Made by a program: the position numbers and the translations under genes
Shown: piece by piece, positions 58,825 through 64,000 of the stretch
Layout: every line of letters starts with the position of its first letter
How positions within the stretch are numbered: position 1 is the stretch's first letter
The notes under the pieces: generated by a model
Seen by the model: only the letters and a program-made list of their open reading frames with translations
Databases searched by the model: none
Told to the model about the DNA's origin: nothing
Origin: Candidatus Altiarchaeales archaeon
GTDB taxonomy: Archaea; Altiarchaeota; Altiarchaeia; IMC4; SCGC-AAA252-I15
Reading direction: 5' to 3'
NCBI GenBank assembly: GCA_014727915.1
Contig: WJMO01000006.1
Coordinates: 384,001 to 448,000 of the forward strand
DNA: 64,000 bases

Positions 58825-59397
58825 TTATTTTGTGGTTGTGGAGGCTAGAGAATCGCCTCCGCATGCTCCGCCGCTGCAACCTCCCCCGCATATGATATCT
58901 ATCACCTTTATGAACCCGTCATCACAGTAGTACTCGTATATCCTGTCACCGACACAGTAGTCGTAGTATTGGATGCCCTCAAAATCAACCCATCCCTTGA
59001 TGTCAGTGTTGATGAGGCCTTCAGCTCCGTCGGAGTCGACGCATACCATACCTGCTGAGGTGGTGGCTGATAGGAGGTCGGGCATTAGTGGAACATGAAC
59101 ATCTTCGTCAAGCGCACTCGTGGAAGATGAAGGCTTAACTTCAGCTGAGGACTTCGAAGTCGCCACACCAGGTTGTGTTGTTGAAGTGGTAGCGTGCGAC
59201 ACCGGCCTGCGGAGAGTGTCCATTGATGTTGAAGTAGACACTACTATCTCGAAGTTGTCCCGTTCTCTTGGAGTTTCTATGGTGGTTGTTGACTCGTTGC
59301 CATAGAAGGTGACAGAGTGCACTTTTGGTTCTGGCTGGTAGCAGCAGCACAGGCACCCCGACAACAATACCAGGAAGGACAGGACCAGATACCTCAT
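58825..59397 (-). CDS. Lipoprotein with Ser/Thr linker and Cys-rich CxDSDG domain
   Basis: LLSGC lipobox followed by LCCC; CVDSDG...KG...DYC...EYYC...C.GGC..GAC. Confidence 0.75.
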   Translation of the reverse strand: MRYLVLSFLVLLSGCLCCCYQPEPKVHSVTFYGNESTTTIETPRERDNFEIVVSTSTSMDTLRRPVSHATTSTTQPGVATSKSSAEVKPSSSTSALDEDVHVPLMPDLLSATTSAGMVCVDSDGAEGLINTDIKGWVDFEGIQYYDYCVGDRIYEYYCDDGFIKVIDIICGGGCSGGACGGDSLASTTTK

Positions 59398-59545
59398 CTC
59401 AGTTAGTGGATTGGAATAAATAAAGATAAACACAGTATTCAACAGCCAAACCCCCAAGACACGGAAGGGCGATAATCGTGGTTAAACGCGCCTTTTAAGT
59501 GGTTTTTGGGTATTTTGGTTTTTCAGGCTTTGATTTTGGGGTTCG

Positions 59546-60001
59546 ATGACGGTCAGGGTAAGGCGGTTCAGGGATGGGGACGCGAGGAAGGCTTCTGACA
59601 TGATACGGAAGACCCAGAGGGAAGTCAATAGTAGATACTACAGTAGGAGCGTCATCGAAAGACTATGCAAGACCATGACACCAGGCAAGATGAAGGAGTA
59701 CTCGGAGGAGAGGATCTTCTACGTCGCGGTCGACGGAGAAAAAATAGTCGGGACTGTGACGTTGGCAGAAGACAATCACATCGGCACATTATTCGTGCAC
59801 CCACGATACCATAACATGGGCGTGGGAAGGAAGCTGATGGAGAAGATTGAGGAAGTTGCGCGAAAGAGAGGTGTGAAGAGGATGCGCTTGAGCGCGGCAG
59901 TGAACGCCGTCGGATTCTACAAAAGGATAGGATACAAGCATCCGAGAAAATTCAAAGACAAATGCTGCAGCACAGTATACAAGATGAGCAAGAAACTCTG
60001 A
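59546..60001 (+). CDS. GNAT acetyltransferase
   Basis: LFVHPRYHNMGVGRKLM, NAVGFYKRIGY. Confidence 0.92.
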   Translation: MTVRVRRFRDGDARKASDMIRKTQREVNSRYYSRSVIERLCKTMTPGKMKEYSEERIFYVAVDGEKIVGTVTLAEDNHIGTLFVHPRYHNMGVGRKLMEKIEEVARKRGVKRMRLSAAVNAVGFYKRIGYKHPRKFKDKCCSTVYKMSKKL

Positions 60002-60018
60002 CAGGGAAAAAATGGTTT

Positions 60019-60671
60019 TTTGCCGCCGGCCTAAACCGCGAGGCTACCGCCCCCCAGTTTCAAGTTCTTCCTGACCCCCGAAACGAAATGTGCCATCTAC
60101 GATGGCACAGAATGCATTATCTAACGAATAACTAATTACTTTTTCGGATTTTCAATCAGAAAATCATAAACAAAGGGAAACAACAAAAAGATCACCGCAG
60201 TTAAAATAACACCCAATAACTCCCAAAAACGTGGGTAAAACAGGTTTAATATCAATGGGGAAAAAATGAGATACACTATTCCAACGAATAATCTTCTGTT
60301 TTTATCAACAAAAACAATACCTCCACCAATTAATCCGCCGATATAGAAGCCCAAACGTTTTTGACTATTGTCTAACTGTTTTCCTATAAAATTAACCTAT
60401 GATGGTACTTCCATTAATTAGGGCTAATGATGAAAGAAAAAATACTGATAAAAGTATTATTAGAACCGGTGTGATATTTTTGAAATAAACAATAGTATTA
60501 GGAATTCCTAAAAAGAAAACAGCAGCAATCAGGGTTATTTCAAGATTATTAATTCTATCAGCAGTTGTATAGTCCTTGATTTTCTTCATTGTTGGTAGTG
60601 CGTTCGGTGGGGTCTTTAGACCCCACTGTACTCGCTGCGCGTGTAAACGGAGCGAGCCGTTTGCCGCCGGC
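60019..60671. mobile_element. Decayed mini-island at the tRNA-Phe 3' end
   Basis: 12-bp repeat TTTGCCGCCGGC at 60019-60030 and 60660-60671 (tRNA 3' end); AT-rich cargo; no integrase. Confidence 0.5.
60136..60589 (-). pseudogene. Frameshifted AT-rich membrane protein gene (about 150 codons)
   Basis: MKKIKDY...STIIG* (60392-60589) continues in another frame as NFIGKQLDNSQKRLGFYIGG... to the stop at 60136. Confidence 0.55.
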
Positions 60672-60758
60672 GAGATTTGAACTCGCGACACCTCGGTTTC
60701 TACGCATTCGAGTTTTTGCGCTTCAGCCGAGTGCTCTCCCAGTCTGAGCTACAGCGGC
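60662..60758 (-). tRNA. tRNA-Phe(GAA) with 23-nt intron at 37/38 (60698-60720)
   Basis: GCCGCTG/CGGCGGC acceptor, GCTC/GAGC D arm, CTCGG/CCGAG anticodon stem, GAA anticodon, GCGAG-TTCAAAT-CTCGC T arm; CCA not encoded. Confidence 0.95.
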
Positions 60759-60830
60759 GATTTGTGAATTGGCTGGAGTGTTATTTGTAGGTTTGTTTGG
60801 TATAAAAGTTTGTCATTCGGATATTTTAAC

Positions 60831-61586
60831 GTGGCTCGTCAGTTGGAGTTTTGGGACCGGCGAACAGGGGGGCACAGTGATGATGCGCTGCGCTTGATTG
60901 AGGAGTTGAGGGAAGGAAAGGTCGAGGACATGGGGCCCATAATGGATGGGGAGGCGATCGTCGGCCGGGAGTGGGTTTTCGGGATTGGAAAGAGCAGGGT
61001 TGCGTTGAGGATGCGAGTCGACAAAGAGGGGAGTAGTGGGGAGTCACCGGCTTATGTGTTCACAATGAGGGATGCAGTCAGGTATCCGATAGCCGAGGAA
61101 GAGGGCGGCCCATACAGGTTGTTGGTCGACAGGAAGGACGAAAGCCCTGTTGAGGTGCCTGTGATGTTCGCGGGAAGCATAAAGTTGAGGAGGGGAAGCG
61201 GTTGGGAGGGCAGCCAACAGCCGAACACATGGGACATGGAAGTCACCCTACCGAACGGCCTCAAAGATCTTGACGAAGACAAAGCCACCCTTTCAAGGGC
61301 CGCGTTAAAGAGGTTGGCTAACGTCTGCGATAGCAGGGCAAAGAAGATATGGGCCGGCACCGAGAGGAAGCCAGCCATAGTCTGCAGATACAGTGAAGAA
61401 AGCCCCGGGGGGGATGAACGAACGGAATTTCTCACCGATGTTCTTGGATTCAGGGAGATATATCGGCTTGGGGGTAGCCAGAAGGGCATGACAAGGGAGG
61501 ACGACATAGGCGACCAGGTGACGCTAATCTACAACCTGAACGTAGGACCTGATAGGAGGGGAAGGCCTCCGCAAAAACCGCGGTAG
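60831..61586 (+). CDS. Orphan hypothetical protein
   Basis: About 250-aa open frame; TATAAAA about 30 nt before GTG 60831. Confidence 0.6.
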   Translation: MARQLEFWDRRTGGHSDDALRLIEELREGKVEDMGPIMDGEAIVGREWVFGIGKSRVALRMRVDKEGSSGESPAYVFTMRDAVRYPIAEEEGGPYRLLVDRKDESPVEVPVMFAGSIKLRRGSGWEGSQQPNTWDMEVTLPNGLKDLDEDKATLSRAALKRLANVCDSRAKKIWAGTERKPAIVCRYSEESPGGDERTEFLTDVLGFREIYRLGGSQKGMTREDDIGDQVTLIYNLNVGPDRRGRPPQKPR

Positions 61587-61590
61587 AAGT

Positions 61591-61848
61591 TTATTTTATC
61601 TCTGCTTTGGTGCCGACTGCCTGCCCTGGAAGGCCGGGGTTGAACTGGGCGAGGACCGCGCCCTTGCTGCCGTGGGGTTTGCTCACTTTCCCCGCCATCT
61701 TCTTCCCGGAGGAGGTGGTCCACTCAACGGTCTTGCCCACCAGCTTCTCAGCATCGTCCTTGCTTTTGCTGTCTTTGGGCTGGAGTATCATCTGATTCGT
61801 GTTCTGGGTCCTCCGACCACGCCTATAGTTAACGATAACAGCATCCAT
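61591..61848 (-). CDS. rpl35ae: 50S ribosomal protein L35Ae (eL33)
   Basis: NYRRG..TQ, GK....HG..G.V.A.F..GLPGQA.G. Confidence 0.95.
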   Translation of the reverse strand: MDAVIVNYRRGRRTQNTNQMILQPKDSKSKDDAEKLVGKTVEWTTSSGKKMAGKVSKPHGSKGAVLAQFNPGLPGQAVGTKAEIK

Positions 61849-61961
61849 CTTGAGATCAAATGGGTTTTATTATAATGCAGAGGTAGTTTAAAAAGGGCTG
61901 GTAAGTGGCGTCTTTGACACTAACTCTTTTTTAAGCTCGTTTTCATAATCTAAAACCCACG

Positions 61962-62498
61962 ATGGAGGAGATACGCTTTCACGGGCGGGGCGGCCAGGGA
62001 GCCGTCACAGCCGCCATGATACTAGCCGTCGGGGCTTTCAAGGACGGCAAGTACACTCAGGCGTTCCCCAAGTTCGGAGTGGAGCGGCGCGGCGCCCCCG
62101 TGGAGGCGTTCACCAGGATTTCTGAGGATTTCATCAGGAGGAAGAGCCAGGTATACGAGCCCAATTACCTGGTCGTCTTGGACAGCACACTGTTCGGTGC
62201 CGTTGACATAACCGCCGGTTTGAAAGAGGGCGGCATGGTCATAGTCAACACCAACCAGAGCCCGGAAGACCTTGGGCTGAAAGGTTTGAACGTGAAGACA
62301 CTGGACGTTTCCAAACTCGCACTGGACATGCTAGGCAGGGACATCGTGAACACCGCCATGCTCGGAGCATTCGGGGGATTCACCGGTTTAGTATCGCTTG
62401 AAGGGCTGTTCGCTGGCGTAGACGAGCACTTCTCAGGGTCGCTGGCGGAGAAGAACAAGAAACTCGTGGAAGAGGTTTACAATCAATCGAAAAAATAA
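61962..62498 (+). CDS. porG: Pyruvate/2-oxoacid:ferredoxin oxidoreductase gamma subunit
   Basis: [34 protein letters not shown]. Confidence 0.95.
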   Translation: MEEIRFHGRGGQGAVTAAMILAVGAFKDGKYTQAFPKFGVERRGAPVEAFTRISEDFIRRKSQVYEPNYLVVLDSTLFGAVDITAGLKEGGMVIVNTNQSPEDLGLKGLNVKTLDVSKLALDMLGRDIVNTAMLGAFGGFTGLVSLEGLFAGVDEHFSGSLAEKNKKLVEEVYNQSKK

Positions 62499-62499
62499 G

Positions 62500-62796
62500 A
62501 TGGTCGACATAGGCAAGAAGAAGGTCGGGGACGTGGAGGTCACAACCGGTTGCGTGCTACCCAGCGACGGGAGCACCCAGAAGAACAAAACCGGCGGATG
62601 GAGGGCACTGCGTCCTGTTACGGACCATGAGAAATGCACCGCCTGCGGCATATGCTGGGTGTACTGCCCGGACGCCTCGCGGATGAAATCGGACGACGGC
62701 AAATACGACTATGTTGAAGACTACTGCAAAGGGTGCGGGATATGCGCGGACGTGTGCCCCGTCAAATGCATCGAGATGGTGGTGGAAGAGAAATGA
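62500..62796 (+). CDS. porD: Pyruvate/2-oxoacid:ferredoxin oxidoreductase delta subunit
   Basis: KTGGWR..RP, CTACGICWVYCPD, YCKGCGICADVCP. Confidence 0.95.
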   Translation: MVDIGKKKVGDVEVTTGCVLPSDGSTQKNKTGGWRALRPVTDHEKCTACGICWVYCPDASRMKSDDGKYDYVEDYCKGCGICADVCPVKCIEMVVEEK

Positions 62797-62891
62797 CCGT
62801 CAACTTCACAGGCATGTCAGGGTGGCTAAGCGAAGCGCGCGCCGCCCATTTTGATGAAACTTTTGGAAAAGTTTCGGTGGAGGAGAAATGA
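62781..62891 (+). mobile_element. 79-bp hairpin micro-insertion (62797-62875) between 16-bp direct repeats; forms a 32-aa mini-ORF at 62793-62891
   Basis: GGTGGAAGAGAAATGA (62781-96) vs GGTGGAGGAGAAATGA (62876-91); ACTTCACAGG 62803-12; palindrome GAAACTTTT-GG-AAAAGTTTC. Confidence 0.6.
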
Positions 62892-64000
62892 AGGACGTGA
62901 TGGAGGCAAGCCATGCCGTGTCAGAGGCTGTGAAAGCCATCGAACCCGACGTAATAGCAGCCTACCCTATAACCCCGCAGACGCACATTGTCGAGCGGAT
63001 CAGCGAGTTCGTCGCCAACGGCGAGATAAAATCAGAGTACATACGGGTTGAGAGCGAGTTCAGCGCCATATCAGCCTGCCTCGGAGCTTCAGCCGCTGGG
63101 ACCCGGGCCTACACGTCAACTTCCTCCCAGGGGCTGGCGTTGATGCACGAGGTACTGTTCATAGTCTCGGGCATGAGATTGCCAGTGTGCATGAGCGTCG
63201 TGAACAGGGCTTTGAGCGCGCCCATCAACATATGGAACGACCACCAAGACAGCATATCAGAGAGGGACACCGGGTGGATACAGTTGTACGTTGAGACCGC
63301 GCAGGAAGCCTATGACATGACCATCATGCAGCACAGGATAAGCGAAGACCCGAGGGTACTGCTTCCGTCGATGGTGTGCATGGACGGATTCACACTATCG
63401 CACGTTTACGAGGCAGCGGACATACACGACAAGAAGGACGTGGACTCGTTCCTGCCAAAGTACAAGCCGGTTCATGCGGTGTTGGACCCGAAGGAGCCAT
63501 TGACGCAGGGGCCCATCGGATTTCCAAGCCACTATATGGAGTTCAGGAGCGAACTATGCAAGGCAATCGACGGTTCGCTCGACGTCATCGAAGAGGTCAT
63601 GAAGGATTACAGCAAGAAATTCCCCTGCACCATCGAGAACTCAAGACCCAAGGAATACTACCACGTGGAAGAGCACAGGATGGAAGACGCGGACGTGGTG
63701 TTAGTCGCCATGGGATCCGTATGCGGCACCATAAAGGTCGTCATAGACGAGCTAAGGGAGAAAGGAGTCAAGGCGGGTTTGTTGAAGCTCATAACCTACA
63801 GGCCGTTCCCGGCCGAACTGCTGAAGGAAAAGCTCAAGGGTGCGGGCAAGGTCGCCGTAGTCGAGAAGGCACTTTCTCCGGGTCTTGGAGGCCCATTGTA
63901 CCATGAGATATCCTCCGCCCTATACGAGTGCGAGGAAAGGCCTGAACTGAGGAACTTCATCGTGGGCTTGGGCGGGAAGGACGTGCGGCTCGACCATGTC
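62888..64000 (+). CDS. porA: Pyruvate/2-oxoacid:ferredoxin oxidoreductase alpha subunit (3' truncated)
   Basis: MKDVMEASHAV..., AYPITPQT, VESEFSA, TSSQGLALMHE, NRALSAPINIWNDHQD; absent from the ORF track because it runs off the window. Confidence 0.95.
   Translation, partial: MKDVMEASHAVSEAVKAIEPDVIAAYPITPQTHIVERISEFVANGEIKSEYIRVESEFSAISACLGASAAGTRAYTSTSSQGLALMHEVLFIVSGMRLPVCMSVVNRALSAPINIWNDHQDSISERDTGWIQLYVETAQEAYDMTIMQHRISEDPRVLLPSMVCMDGFTLSHVYEAADIHDKKDVDSFLPKYKPVHAVLDPKEPLTQGPIGFPSHYMEFRSELCKAIDGSLDVIEEVMKDYSKKFPCTIENSRPKEYYHVEEHRMEDADVVLVAMGSVCGTIKVVIDELREKGVKAGLLKLITYRPFPAELLKEKLKGAGKVAVVEKALSPGLGGPLYHEISSALYECEERPELRNFIVGLGGKDVRLDHV

Noticed and set aside
62851-63051. 66-aa ORF starting in the por insert, and 63376-63906
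   Set aside because: Out-of-frame overlaps with porA, which starts at 62888

Overview
Archaeal chromosomal window with dense housekeeping content. Archaeal markers include eS1, uS15, eL33, PCNA, Cdc48, class I LysRS, RadB/Mre11, Pcc1, an intron-containing tRNA-Phe and a box C/D sRNA. Cys-rich surface-protein motifs and many orphans suggest a DPANN/Altiarchaeota-like lineage (inference). Gene blocks: a glucosyl/mannosyl-glycerate compatible-solute cluster, aro/pur genes, a malic enzyme-fumarase-panD operon, a GT-C surface-glycosylation region, and the start of a por operon. The most unusual signal is non-coding. Two 75-79 bp hairpin-rich micro-insertions share the 10-mer ACTTCACAGG and are each flanked by a long direct repeat of their target. 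One duplicates 27 bp of a box C/D guide RNA predicted to direct 23S Um2552. The other duplicates 16 bp at the porD/porA ATGA junction and forms a 32-aa mini-ORF that keeps translational coupling intact. Other notable items: a candidate uS15 r-leader, a decayed mini-island at tRNA-Phe, paralogous orphan genes with a conserved promoter, and a divergent enolase-superfamily gene in the solute cluster. All calls come from reading motifs by eye; no database searches were run.
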